Shown: positions 26,101-43,294 of the stretch, in pieces | Numbering within the stretch: the first letter of the stretch is position 1 | Layout: every line of letters begins with the position of its first letter | Assembly (NCBI RefSeq): GCF_009914755.1 | Contig: NC_060935.1 | Length of the DNA stretch: 64,000 nucleotides | DNA from: the human T2T-CHM13v2.0 reference genome, Homo sapiens | Direction: 5' to 3' (one strand) | Made by a program: the position numbers and the translations under genes | The notes under the pieces: generated by a model | What the model was told of the DNA's origin: nothing | Seen by the model: only the letters and a program-made list of their open reading frames with translations | The model's database searches: none

Positions 26101-29100
26101 GTGAGTCTCTGGTGGGCTGGGTAAATACAAGCTTTCCTTTCCCCTGAAGGCAAGGGGGATAGGGCATCCCACTGTGTTTTGGTTTACCACATATTTGTGG
26201 AATTTTAAAAAGCACTAAAATGTTTTCTATTTTTTTATTACCTATTTTGCAAAGTAGGACTACTTGGAATGTGTCAGAGTAACAGATTATTGCTAAAAGG
26301 ATCACGATTTCCGAATTGTGCCATGTTATGAATAGCACATTACGGACTTTAAACTCAATGGATATTCTAAATGCCCTTAATTTATTTTCCCCTCTGTCCT
26401 TAGAAACTCAGCAGGGACCACGGCCATGGGTTAGAATTCACTTGAACACAGGCTTCTTTTAATTCATAGCGATATTGAAAAGCTGGATTTGTTCCTGATT
26501 TCATAACTCCTCGGTATGCCATGGAAACAATGAGATGTCCAACAGGGCGGTTTGATAATTTCATGTGACAAAGCACATGCTTATGTTCAGTGACGTGACC
26601 AAGCTGCAGAAATTATTTTAATCCCGTCAGATTTCCCCAGATGAGGAGTTGCAATTTGGTGCCTCATCTCCGGTACCCTGCACCCTGTGACTTGTCCTTG
26701 GACCCATGAGCTCAGGTGAATTGTCCTGTGCTGAGAGGTACAGTAATGCCTCACCCTGCCCCAGCATTTCACATGATCTTGAATCTACACCTAGGTTTGT
26801 GAACAGTGTTTCCTTCCCATTCCCCTAAAATGTTTCTCTAAATACAAATAAAATTTTTTCTTTAATAAGAGTTATAATTCAAATATATCTAGATAAACTT
26901 ATGTTATAATTTAAGAAGTTGTAGTTTGACACTTGGTTTTTAAAATATACCATGCTAATTGGAAAGCAACAATATTTTTCTCCCTCAGGATTAGTCATCT
27001 TTTGCCACAAAACCTTAAAATGGGATTTTTTAATGGTCCAATTAAAAACAGAGATATTCTACCTAATTTGAATTTCTAATCACCTTCCTTATATTTAAAC
27101 TTGATGTTTGTGTTAGTAGTGTTACCCTTATCTTTTGTTTCTTTTTCCTTTTTCATAAAACAGTTTGGTAGTTTAGTTTTATAAATTATAGATGCTTTGG
27201 GCAAATCTTTTATTTTTCCACTAGGTTAAATTATTCAATGTTAATTTTTCTCCTTATAAAAAAATATTTCCTATGCGAAATTCATTCAGCAATTTGATAA
27301 TCAGCCTGTGATTAAAAATCAGGCATTGGAAGCTTCCAGTTAATCTTTCCCCACCAACAGTGAACCTTCTTCCTCGATGCTTATTTAGTTTGGGAACTTT
27401 TTCACCTGCTCAGGCATCTGAGACACAGTAGGATTCTCAATTTATTTCAAGATTGGCATTAATAGGGTTTTTTAGTGAGATTGTAGGCAAAGACACCTTG
27501 AAAGTTTTGAGGAAATGGGTCAGAGGTTTCCCTAATAACCTTAAAAAGAGAACATTGCAGATCGTTTTTTAACCACAGTGACATGACTTGCAGCACTCAC
27601 TTAGCATCTGTGGAATGTCATGTTAGCAACTTACCTAGAACAATAGAAAGAGACAGATAATTTTTAGGAGGAGATTGCTCACCCTTACAGACATGTATAA
27701 GTATACCAAGTACATGTTACTTTAGGGGAAGCCTGCTTTATTCTAATAGACTTCTTTAAAATAGATACTGCTTTGAGAAGTGCATGTGATCTCAAAAATA
27801 TGATGATAAGCTCCCTTCAGAGAAAAATGATCATCTAGGGAATGGCTTTAAGAATTTAGACTATTGACTGTAAGAATGAAATTGCTTACCTATATCTCCT
27901 CTTGTGCTTTTTATACTAATCATATGAAAAGTGTCTAATATTTACCAACTGCTCACTATAGACCAAGCCCTATTCTAGTCTTTTCATGTGTATTATCTCA
28001 TTGCATTTGCATAGTTACCAGCCAAGTAGATGCTTTCATTATGCCCATTGTATGGATGAAGAAACTGAGGCCAGTTATATAATTTGCCTACCCAGCCACA
28101 GAGCCCCTCCCCTTAACCACCATGCAATATGGCCTCTGTATTCATCCTTCCTCACTATACATCTATCCTTACGTAATATAATCCGTATCCTATATTTTTG
28201 AACCTCTGGAAGAAGCTAGATGTCAGGGCTCACAAGCATTCTTACATGAATAACTCACACAAGCAAAACATGGACCAGCAAATAAAGTAGAAAAAAAAAA
28301 GTGAGTCATAGTTTTAAACAATACATTCATTTTCTAAGCTCTTGATTTTCTAAAATTACCAGAGCGCTTCTGGCAAAAGAATCCATTAGCACAGCAGTGA
28401 GCCGGTCATTCAATTGGAAACATGTCATTCTTCCCACTGGGTCTGGGGATCTAGAAGCCCTGCCAAAATATCCAGTCCTTTCTGCCAGGTTGGGGAACCT
28501 TGACACCGTAGAAGCAAAAGCACTGGGAGATTGATTTAATTTTACGTTTTTTGAAAGATGACTGGAGTCCCAAAGGAAAAGCCTGAATGTAAAAATAAAT
28601 GAATAAATGCATAAATAAGCAAATACGTGCTACACAGGCAAATCTTAGCACCAGGACTGTAGCAGCATGGATTGTTGCACAATTTTCCCATAGAACAAGA
28701 GTTATTAGGGCCTATAGAAGGGAGACCCTTAGCTCCAAGGGGTTTGGGATCACTGCGTTTTACAGCAACAATCTTCAACCTTTTGGTCACTCTTTCAGCT
28801 AAGGGATGTAGTACACTCCCGGCACTAACAATACCTCACTTGGTAGTAATATTCTAGAAGGACACATTCCCATTAGAGGGATGTGTTATTTTCACAAGAT
28901 GCTCCAAACTCCCAAAAGACCAGATCATATTATTAAACCAACTTTGGCATTGAACTTAATTCATCCCTATGTATAAAGCAGGTAGAAAAGAAAATGTCAG
29001 CCTAATGTGTAAAAGCAAAAATATCTCTATTTCAAAGTATTTTTAAAATGTTATTTTCTGAATGAAAGTCATGTGGAAAATAATGAAGCAGTAAGGAAAA

Positions 29101-31479
29101 GAAAAAAAAAATGCTGTAAATATGATTCTCAGGCAGAATAAAGACCGAAGTGATTTTTCCTTTATCAGCCAAATTATTTACCCCAGTATGTGGATACGAA
29201 ACCTTTGCTTCCAAAAGGTAAGTAATCATTAAATCATCCCCCAGAAAGAAAAATGCACCTCTTCGACATTGATCTGTTTTTGGAGTTTAAAAATCCGTGG
29301 CAGGAAAGGAGCCAGCTATGTGCCTTGGCTATGAGGGAGACTCTGAAATTTATTGTTTGAATTATAACTTTGAAAATGAATGAAGTAGGGACTTTTACAA
29401 ACTACTTCTCTTAGTTTCCCTCTAGCAGCTTGTCTGAAGTTCCATGCACTGGAGGTAGTTGCCAGTCCTGTGGGCTCAGACCCTAAAATGTGGGCAGTGG
29501 GTTTGAAAATGTTAAGAAGGATGGTTGATTCATTGGTGCATCTCAAAGAGGCGATCACAGTCATTAGTTCTCACTCCAGAGGGCTTCTTTGGGGAAATGT
29601 TTGAAACCAGATGCTTCTACAGCTGAAAAGTACATGTAAATCTATAAAAAGGGGTATCAGGCGAGGTCCAGCTGCAGAAAACTGAAAACATCAGCTGTTT
29701 AAAACAGACCCAAAAAATGACTATTAGGAATTAGGCGCTCACAAAATCATCGGCGGGCTGAAGGAATGTTCCTGGAAAGATTCCTAGAACAAGACCACAG
29801 GGCTGGCCCTGAGGAGGGACTGCTGCCTCTTCCTCAAGCAGGAAGATGGAGAAGCGGCCTGCCCTGGAACACCGAGGTTAAGAAAACACAGTCATAGCAT
29901 GATCCAGGAATGAGAGAGCCCCACAGAACCAGAGTTAAGGACTGTGGTGCTCAGCAACCCAGCTTCCAGCAGCCTAGGCAGCAGAAAGATGGGCCTGCCC
30001 CATTTCCTCTGTCCGGAGTGCACACAAGTGCATCTAACTGACAGGACCGAAGTCTCATCCACAGCCACAACCTCCTGGAACGCCAGGAGATAGAAATTAG
30101 CCATTTAGCCTCAACAGTACAGGAATGCACACTACAAGGAGGTTGCCTGTCCATTACCTCCACGGCAGGCACCAGGCAAAAGCGAGAGGAGAGAAAAATT
30201 ACCAGGCAGGGCAATACTCAGGAAGCAGTTGGGGCAACTAGTGGATAAAAGTATATCCCAAAGGGGAAAATGAGCCCGTTTCTCAGAGCTCAGTCTACAA
30301 CAGCCTGCTGAGGAAGGCCTGGGCGCGTTGTCTGATGTCAAGCCTATAGGCTGACAGTGCACCCAGCTTCCTTTGTTACAGGTGAGCAGTGGTTACTGGA
30401 AGGAGGTGAAGGAATTGAAACGGTTGTTTTGATGAGTTGCACTTGCAGAACAATGAAATATTATCTGGAAAGTCCCTGACTGCTCACAAAGCTTATGGCA
30501 AGTCTGGGGCCTCCTCAGTAAATTTGTAATCCTATTATTAATAGAAATCTCTTCTGCCCACCCACTTCCCACACCTGCCCCAGCACCTTACAGCTTTGGC
30601 GTAACAGTCAGGGACCAAGGCCAACACAGGAATGCCCTGGTGCTGCGTAATGGAGTGGTCCCAATTAAGGGTACAGCCAGCTTGTTGCTCCATTGGGAAG
30701 CAATTGGTTGGATTTGGAGATTTTGTCCTTTATTCTAGAAGCAACCTGCTTGTTGCCCCCCTGACCTCGGTGCTCTTGTGTTGACCCCACTACCATTACC
30801 ACCTTAGCATCTCACCCAAAACTTTCCTCCATAGCCCCTCATCTTAGCCTTTCATTTCCTTCTCCTACCTCTCCCAGCTAACATGAGCTATAATAACCCT
30901 GGCTTGATATGTTATCTCGACTTAATTTACGGTACATTATATTTTAACAGGGACTTCTAATCCAAGAGAAATATCTGCTCATGGGAAATCAGGCTCCCTG
31001 GGAGAACCTGAGGCAAAGAGATTGAGGTGTTTGAGGGTGAAGGAGGTCTTTAGGTAAAGTCCAGATGTCACCAGGTTGATGGCTGCCCAGAAAGACACTT
31101 ATCAACCCCAGTGATGGAGGCCACTTGGCGAGTGGGGAGTGGGAGGTGGGATGCTTGTTGTCAGGTTTGAGAGGGAGGCGGAGGGGTTTCAGCATGGCCT
31201 AGTGACCTCCTTCAGAGCCAGGCCTCCCCTGCAGGCCAAGAATTTCCCTCCCCTATAGGCAACTTCCCACTGGGCAGGAGATAAACAACTTCCCTTCTGT
31301 TAGCAGCACTCAAGTGCTATCTGCCTGCATCTTCTCTCTGATCCCCTGCATTCTGGACCCTGTCTGCTCTTATTCTTGGTACCTGCCTGCCCATGCCCAT
31401 TTTTTCCCGGACTCTGGGACCTCCTACCCTCTTGACCTAGGGTAGCCACTTCTTTCAGGCCAGGGTCCTCAGCATGCTG

Positions 31480-31790
31480 TAGGTATACTTTCAGGGAGAG
31501 GAGGAAGTAGATTTAGGCAGCTTTTAAAGTTGGGCTATGGTACAGACACTACAAGGCCTCAGCTGACCCCATGGAGGCTCTGCAGCTCAGATGGCCCTGA
31601 AGAGTTGTCTCAAGTTTGGGAAGCAGCTGTGCATATGTACTCTAGAATGGACCAGTCATTGGATGTCCTTGGGTGAGGCTGTTCTCTTTAGCCAAGGGCA
31701 GTTCCCTGCAAGAGCTGACATCTGAGGACTGACAGCTGGCAGTGTGCCCAGCAGCTGGGGGAATCCATCTTCTAGTCCTAAGCAGCATGG
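31480..31790 (-). mobile_element. ERVL-class LTR relic (LTR33/LTR16-like)
   Basis: aggcctcagctgaccccatggaggctctg...gatggccctgaagagttgtc...ccagtcattggatg...cccagcagctggggga. Confidence 0.5.
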
Positions 31791-32413
31791 CTTAGAGTCC
31801 ACTAGTTCCTTACAATCCTATGTACTCCTGGGCCACCTATGTCTGCCAAGCCCCTGCAGGAGCTGGAGGCCAGTGGACAAATGTAAACACCCCTTGGGAA
31901 TTGCCATTCCTTTTCTTTCTTCTAGCAAACATTTATTGAGTGCATTGGAACCATGGCAGCATATGTGCACTTAATGTATGTAAATTCAGTAATACGAGTC
32001 CTGAAAGAAAAAGGAAAAAAAACTTAAATAAAGCCAAAAAACTAGCTTTTACATGTATTTTGTTTATATTGTACATTGCAGATTATGTGTTTCTTTTTCC
32101 CTATTACCTTATAAGGTTGTATGCACAGGGCCACATAGGCTACACCAAGTGGACGATTTAAGAGATTTTCTTTTTTTTTTTTTTAATTTTTGCTTTTTTT
32201 TTATTATTATTATACTTTAAGTTTTAGGGTACATGTGCACAATGTGCAGGTTAGATACATATGTATACATGTGCCATGCTGGTGCACTGCACCCACTGAC
32301 TCCTCATCTAGCATTAGGTATATCTCCCAGTGCTATCCCTCCCCCCTCCCCCCACCCCACAACAGTCCCCAGAGTGTGATGTTCCCCTTTCTGTGTCCAT
32401 GTGTTCTCATTGT

Positions 32414-36279
<3,866 letters not shown>

Positions 36280-36329
36280 TTATTTTGCTTGTTAGTTCAT
36301 GCAGTTTCTTCCCAGTCTCGATGGTCCTT

Positions 36330-37346
36330 ACATTTTGGCATGATTTTGCATCGGCTGGTACCAGTTGTTCCTTTCCATGTTTAGCGCTTCCTTCAGGAGC
36401 TCTTTTAGGGCAGGCCTGGTGGTGACAAAAGCTCTCAGCATTTGCTTGTCTGTAAAGTATTTTATTTCTCCTTCACTTACGAAGCTTAGTTTGGCTGGAT
36501 ATGAAATTCTGGGTTGAAAATTCTTTTCTTTAAGAATGTTGAATTTTGGCGCCCACTCTCTTCTGGCTTGTAGAGTTTCTGCCGAGAGATCCGCTGTTAG
36601 TCTGATGGGCTTCCCCCTTTGAGGGTAACCCGACCTTTCTCTCTGGCTGCCCTTAACATTTTTTCCTTCATTTCAACTTTGGTGAATCTGACAATTATAT
36701 GTCTTGGAGTTGCTCTTCTCGAGGAGTATCTTTGTGGTGTTCTCTGTATTTCCTGAATCTGAATGTTGGCCTGCCTTGCTAGATTGGGGAAGTTCTCCTG
36801 GATAATATCCTGCAGAGTGTTTTCCAACTTGGTTCCATTCTCCCCATGACTTTCAGGTACACCAATCAGACGTACATTTGGTCTTTTCACATAGTCCCAT
36901 ATTTCTTGGAGGCTTTGCTCGTTTCTTTTTATTCTTTTTTCTCTAAACTTCCCTTCTCGCTTCATTTCATTCATTTCATCTTCCATCGCTGATACCCTTT
37001 CTTCCAGTTGATCACATCGGCTCCTGAGGCTTCTGCATTCTTCACGTAGTTCTCGAGCCTTGGTTTTCAGCTCCATCAGCTCCTTTAAGCACTTCTCTGT
37101 ATTGATTATTCTAGTTATACATTCTTCTAAATTTTTTTCAAAGTTTTCAACTTCTTTGCCTTTGGTTCGAATGTCCTCCCGTAGCTCGGAGTAATTTGAT
37201 CGTCTGAAGCCTTCTTCTCTCAGCTCGTCAAAGTCATTCTCCGTCCAGCTTTGTTCCGTTGCTGGTGAGGAACTGCGTTCCTTTGGAGGAGGAGAGGCGC
37301 TCTGCTTTTTAGAGTTTCCAGTTTTTCTGCTCTGTTTTTTCCCCAT
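36330..37346 (-). pseudogene. L1 ORF1 (RNA-binding chaperone), frameshifted near 36612
   Basis: MGKKQSRKTGNSKKQSASPPPKERSSS...REKGRVTLKG, then out of frame (249 aa instead of about 338). Confidence 0.93.
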
Positions 37347-37639
37347 CTTTGTGGTTTTATCTACTTTTGGTCTTTGATGATGGTGATGTACAGATGGTTT
37401 TTTGGTGTGGATGTCCTTTCTGTTTGTTAGTTTTCCTTCTAACAGACAGGACGCTCAGCTGCAGGTCTGTTGGAGTACTGGACCGTGTGAGGTGTCAGTC
37501 TGCCTCTGCTGGGGGGTGCCTCCCACTTAGGCTGCTCAGGGGTCAGGGACCCACTTGAGGAGGCAGTCTGCCCGTTCTCAGATCTCCAGCTGCATGCTGG
37601 GAGGACCACAGCTCTCTTCAAAGCTGTCAGACCGGGACA

Positions 37640-38244
37640 TTTAAGTCTGCAGAGGTTACTGCTGTCTTTTTGTTTGTCTGTGCCCTGCCCCCAGAGGTGG
37701 AGCCTGCAGAGGCAGGCAGGCCTCCTTGAGCTGTGGTGGGCTCCACCCAGTTCGAGCTTCCCGGCTGCTTTGTTTACCTAAGCAAGCCTGGGCAATGGCG
37801 GGCGCCCCTCCCCCAGCCTCGCTGCCACCTTGCAGTTTGATCTCAGACTGCTGTGCTAGCAATCAGCGAGACTCCGTGGGCGTAGGCCCCTCCGAGCCAG
37901 GTGCGGGATATAATCTCCTGGTGCGCCATTTTTTAAGCCTGTCGGAAAAGCGCAGTATTCGGGTGGGAGTGACCCGATTTTCCAGGTGCCGTTTGTCACC
38001 CCTTTCTTTGACTAGGAAAGGGAACTCCCTGACCCTTTGCGCTTCCCGAGTGAGGCAATGCCTCGCCCTGCTTCGGCTCATGCATGGTGCGTGCACCCAG
38101 TGACCTGCGCCCACTGTCTGGCACTCCCTAGTGAGATGAACCCGGTACCTCAGATAGAAATGCAGAAATCACCCATCTTCTGCGTCGCTCACGCTGGGAG
38201 CTGTAGACCGGAGCTGTTCCTATTTGGCCATCTTGGCTCCTCCC
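37640..38244. promoter_or_regulatory. L1 5'UTR bidirectional promoter (sense promoter fires on -, antisense promoter fires on +)
   Basis: CpG-rich 5'UTR with the YY1 core (ggccatctt on +, about 38226-38234) retained. The antisense promoter position is inferred from L1 biology. Confidence 0.65.
37795..38103 (+). CDS. L1 ORF0-like antisense ORF (102 aa, open), expression unproven
   Basis: MAGAPPPASLPPCSLISDCCASNQRDSVGVGPSEPG... matches the primate L1 ORF0 N-terminus. Strong Kozak context gcaATGg. Confidence 0.6.
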   Translation: MAGAPPPASLPPCSLISDCCASNQRDSVGVGPSEPGAGYNLLVRHFLSLSEKRSIRVGVTRFSRCRLSPLSLTRKGNSLTLCASRVRQCLALLRLMHGACTQ

Positions 38245-38857
38245 GATTTAAGAGATTTTCAAGGGCTTTTCTCTACATGATTTTTACCTACTCTGCTGGC
38301 TGGCATTAGCATTAGCATCTAAGCTTTGTATGAGATTCCACTGTATCAACCCGTGTGAGGCTCTGTGGAGAAGGGAAAGATGTATTAATTTTCGTGCATG
38401 GCCAGGTAATTACTAGTGGAGGAGAGAGGTGGAGGCACGTGCAACGTACTGTGGCAATGAACTTGGATGGGAAGAGGAAGTGCTCCTGAGGGTTTGTTCC
38501 TTCCTGTCTGTCCCACAGCCACTGCCCAGTACTGTCTCCATTACTCACCACTGCTGAAGCTGCCAGACAGCTGCCAGGGACATCCTTCTAAAACACACAC
38601 TCTTGTTCAAAATCCTCCAGGAGCTCCCCATAGCTTTGGAGATAAAACTCAGACTCTAAGCTCCCAGCTCAGCACTTTTCTGCTCTGGCTGGCCCAGATG
38701 TGCCCTTCTAGCTGACGCGTGTTACTCCTTCAACCACCCCCTTGGCTCCAGCCTGAACACCTTCCCCAAACTTGTCCTGTGGTTTCTCATCTCCGGGTTT
38801 TTGCATGCATGCATCACTCCGCCTGGAATCTCCCTTCCCACCTGCTTCATCCAGGCC

Positions 38858-39073
38858 CAGGCTGCTCAGCCTCCTCGCTGTTAACACTTAGGGCTGTAGA
38901 GTTTCTTCATATGGTGCGCTGTCCTGTACGTTACAGGGTTTTTAGCAGCATCCGTGGTCTCTACCTATGCCTGAGGTGCCAGAAGCCCCTCCCAGTTGTG
39001 ACAACCAAAATACGTCTCCAGGCATTGCAGATGTCCCCTGGTGGTCAAACCTGCTCCTGGCTGAGAACTACTG
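38858..39073 (+). mobile_element. MER20 (hAT-Charlie) inserted in an L2 relic
   Basis: tttagcagcatccgtggtctctacc...cccagttgtgacaaccaaaatacgtctccaggcattgcagatgtcccctgg...ggctgagaactactg. Confidence 0.88.
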
Positions 39074-40023
39074 ACCTAAGCAATGCTTTTGGAACTTGGT
39101 TTAAACATGACCTTCCCCAGCACCTTTTCCTGGCCCCTATGCCTATGGGCCCCTCCTTTGTGTTCCAGTAGCCCCTGATACCCCAATCAAAGCCTTCACC
39201 TCCAACTTCCATTAGTTAGTTCACTTGTGTTATTTCCCCATGCAACTCCTCGAGGACAGGAGTCATGTTTTATTTATCCTTGAAACCACAGCACTCGGAA
39301 TAGTAACTGGCACACAGTAGATGCGGTGTCTCTATTTGTTGGGCAAATGAACAAACAAGTGTGTCAAACAGAAGAGGTGACTCCTGAGCTGAGACTTGAA
39401 AAAATGGGTCACGTTTCTAGCTCTGAGCCAAATACACATTAGATTTGACGGAATATCAAAACCATAGGCTGATGTCCATTGCCATTTGGAGTTCACTGTG
39501 AATGGTGGTTATCCACTAAAATCCTTTGGCAAAAGCAACAGAAGCTCCAACTTAAACGATCTTAAAACATGAACAGGGTGAATTGTTTACGGTAAATCCA
39601 GGCATGGTTTGGTTGGGGCCCCAGTCTGTTCCTCTGCATTATACACAGGTCTGTGTTCCCTTGTGTGTTGGCCGTATCCACAGGTGGACTCTGGTAAGAA
39701 ATCCCAGGCCTCATATCTACATCCTGTATGGACCAGTGCAAGAGGGAATTCTCTTTTCCCAACCTCAAGACAAGGTTTATGGGTTTTACTCTGACTGAGC
39801 CATCATATGCCAAGTGTCCAGCCCTTCATGAATCACTGTAGCAGTGAATGCGGGGAGATTACACTGATTAATTTAACTTGGTCAGGCCCCATCGATGGAG
39901 CTGGGGCAGCTTAGTCCCAGCTAGCCCCCCTGGCTGAAACACAGGGAGAGAAGGAGATGGATGCTGAGGCCATCACAGTGCCTGCTACAGTACCTGCTGC
40001 TTGAGGAACACTTGTAGTTGGAC

Positions 40024-40333
40024 TTTTTTATTTAGAGAGACAGATCTTGCTCTGTTGCCCAGGCTGGAGTACAGTGACATAATCACAGCTCACTGCAGCC
40101 CCAACCTCCTTGGCTCAGGCGAGCCTCCCTCCTCAGCCTCCCAAGTAGCTAGAACTACTACTACCATACCTGGTTAATTTTTAATTTTTATTTATTTATT
40201 TATTTATTTTTGTAGAAATGGGGTCTCCCTATGTTGCCCATAGAGGCTGGCCTAGAACTCCTGGCTTTGAGCAATTTTCCCACCTCAGCCTCCCAGAGTG
40301 CTGGGATTATAAACATGAGCACTGTGTTGGGCA
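40024..40333 (-). mobile_element. AluJ, diverged
   Basis: Antisense Alu with atcacagctcactgcagcc and tttttgtagaaatggggtctccctatgttgccca. Confidence 0.88.
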
Positions 40334-40339
40334 TTTTAA

Positions 40340-40793
<454 letters not shown>

Positions 40794-41189
40794 TAACGAC
40801 TGCTATTCACTGTGAGCTCGGGAAGTCCAGGCTACAGTCAGAGGTTCATGTTTTAGACACAGATAGAGTGACAGAGGGATTTTGTGCATCCGTCTGGTTT
40901 TTTCAAGAGCTGAAGAGGTGAAAGGGCAGACTTGAGTGGATGGCGGGGAGAGCCTGTTTGTGATGGAATAGTGCTAACTCACGGGAGAGATCCTCCCAGT
41001 TTCCTCGCTCCCTGCAGTGCCAGCTCAGCTAAGATGAAAAAAAGCAGGTGATGACTCACCTAGAAAGCAAAACGCGAATTAGCTTTCCAAGAGAGAAAGC
41101 CATTCTGATATGTTTACTTTCGGGTGGATTCCTTTTGAAGAGGTGTTTTTAATTATGACTGTGGTTTATATATTGTTCTTGAAGTTCAC

Positions 41190-41410
41190 AGGTAGTACAG
41201 TGTAGGGGCTGTGCTCATAGCCTCTGGAGCTAGGCTACTTACAAGCTACGTGAAGTTAGGCCAGTTACCTTCCTATCTGCGCTTTAGTGTTCTCATCTGT
41301 AAAATGGGGATACCAGTGGTACCTACTTTATGAGGATGTTGTGGAAATTAAATGAGCTAATGCAGACAAAGCATGTAGAAAACAGGCGGTGAACATTAGC
41401 TATTATAACT
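41190..41410 (+). mobile_element. MIR
   Basis: gttctcatctgtaaaatggggataccagtggtacctac...gaggatgttgtggaaattaaatgagctaatgc. Confidence 0.75.
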
Positions 41411-41469
41411 CCCCAGGAGGGAGAGGGCGATACTCCCCTTTTCCTGTTTCTTTTCTAGCAGTTACTACT

Positions 41470-41780
41470 CTGTTTTTGTTGTTGTTGTTGTTGTTTTGAG
41501 ACAGAGTCTCATTCTGTCGCCCAGGCTGGAGTGCAGTGGCATGATCTCAGCTCACTGCAACTTTCTGCCTCCCGGGTTCAAGCAATTCTCCTGCCTTAGC
41601 CTCCTGAGTAGCTGGGATTACAAGCATGCACCACCATGCCCAGCTAATTTTTGTATTTTTAAGAGAGGCAGGGTTTCACCAGGTTGGGCAGGCTTATCTG
41701 GAACTCCTGACCTCAAGTGATCCACCCACCTCGGCCTCCCAAAGTGCTGGGATTACAGGTTTGAACCACCACGCCCGGCC
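41470..41780 (-). mobile_element. AluS
   Basis: Full antisense Alu with a (TTG)n tail. Confidence 0.93.
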
Positions 41781-43294
41781 TGCGCTTACTGCTCTGAATT
41801 GTGTCACACACCAAAGAGAGGACTGCATTCCTCCAAGGGTGCCTTTCTCCAGCATGACTGGACAAGAGATGGGCCGTAGTACAAGGCCACACTTCCAGAG
41901 ATGACCTTTAAGGTAATGTTTTTGCAAACACAGGGTGGGACAGTGGTTGCAACTCAAGGCAAATGGATCTTGTGGGCTGCTCAGTAATTGAATTTCCCCT
42001 GCTCCTTAGAGAGCAACAAGTTATGGGGGGAGAAAGACGGGAAGTTGAGCTGGCACCTAAGACTTCTGTTACACGGGGAAGATGTTTTGCTTTAGGGGCA
42101 GTGAGTAATGCTGAGAGCATTGGAGCACCTTCTTTTATCCTTGTCTGTCCCATCTTCATAGTCTCAGTGGAGACTCTGATTATGAGTCACTCTCTGAAAG
42201 GTCCTCTCTGAAAGAGGATGTCCCTATTTCCTTAGAAGTCTATGAGAGACCCTTTATATGTCTTTTCTACTGAACTGAAACACAGAAACAGCATGCTGTC
42301 CTCACATCCTCATAGCCCTGGAGTGATCGTAGATCATCCTTTGGAAGGGCCATCAGAATGAAATTTGAAATTTTGCTGAAAAAATTTTTTTTAATTCCAT
42401 TTGCACGCCTTTGCAGAAAAGTGACCAAGCCATTATTTTGAACCCCACTGCCTGTTCTGAGGGGAACCAATCTCACTTTATTATTAGAGAAGCTTCCAGG
42501 ATGCAGGCTTATGGGAAACTGCTGCCAAAGGTCTCTCTGCTCCTGTACCATCATGGTCTTCTTCCCACCTGGTGAAGTGAGAACTTCCTGAAATGTGGTT
42601 TCCAGAAGCAACTTTCTAAATATGTCTCTCCTTCCTCAGTAACAGGCAGCACTTGCAGTGGGCAGAGGAGGCATTAAATGGAGAGAAGTGGCACTGTTTT
42701 GTGTGGCCCAAAAGACTCCGATTGGTGGAAAATAAAAATGGACATGGAGCCAGATAAATTTCATCATGGCCAGATGGCCCAGGAATTTATCTTGCTGAAA
42801 CCCCCACTCGGTCTCTGGGCCCTTGCCACGAAGTTGCATAATTTGTTCAGAATCTGTTCGTGCAGGATGGAGCTGCGATTGACACTGAGCTGAAAATCTG
42901 GGCTTTGGGGCAGGGTTTGGAGAGAGGCTTCAAATTCCTATGCTCCAGAAATGAAGTAACAAGGTGAGGTAAAGTGATGTTACACCCACTTGTGTGTCCT
43001 GGAAAGTGTGGGCTTGTAAAACCCCTGTTCACTTCGGGGCGCCTAACTCAAGAAATTCTAGAATAAGTGGCCTCAAGAGCCCTTTATCCCTCTTCGTTAA
43101 GCCCATTCTAGATAAAACTGTTTCATTCATTTTAGACAAATGGAAATGTCTTTTACTGTTGAAGACTTTTGAGCAGGAATTCTCCAGACTTTTAACACTC
43201 ATTTATTCAGTGAGTATTTATTAATGTTCTACCACATGCCATTCTGGGATACGGCAGAAAATATGACAATATCCCTGCCCTCATGGGGCTTATC

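Noticed and set aside
29650-30370. GC-richer segment with several short ORFs
   Set aside because: No splice-compatible frame or known motif. It resembles a very old LTR relic that I cannot name with confidence.
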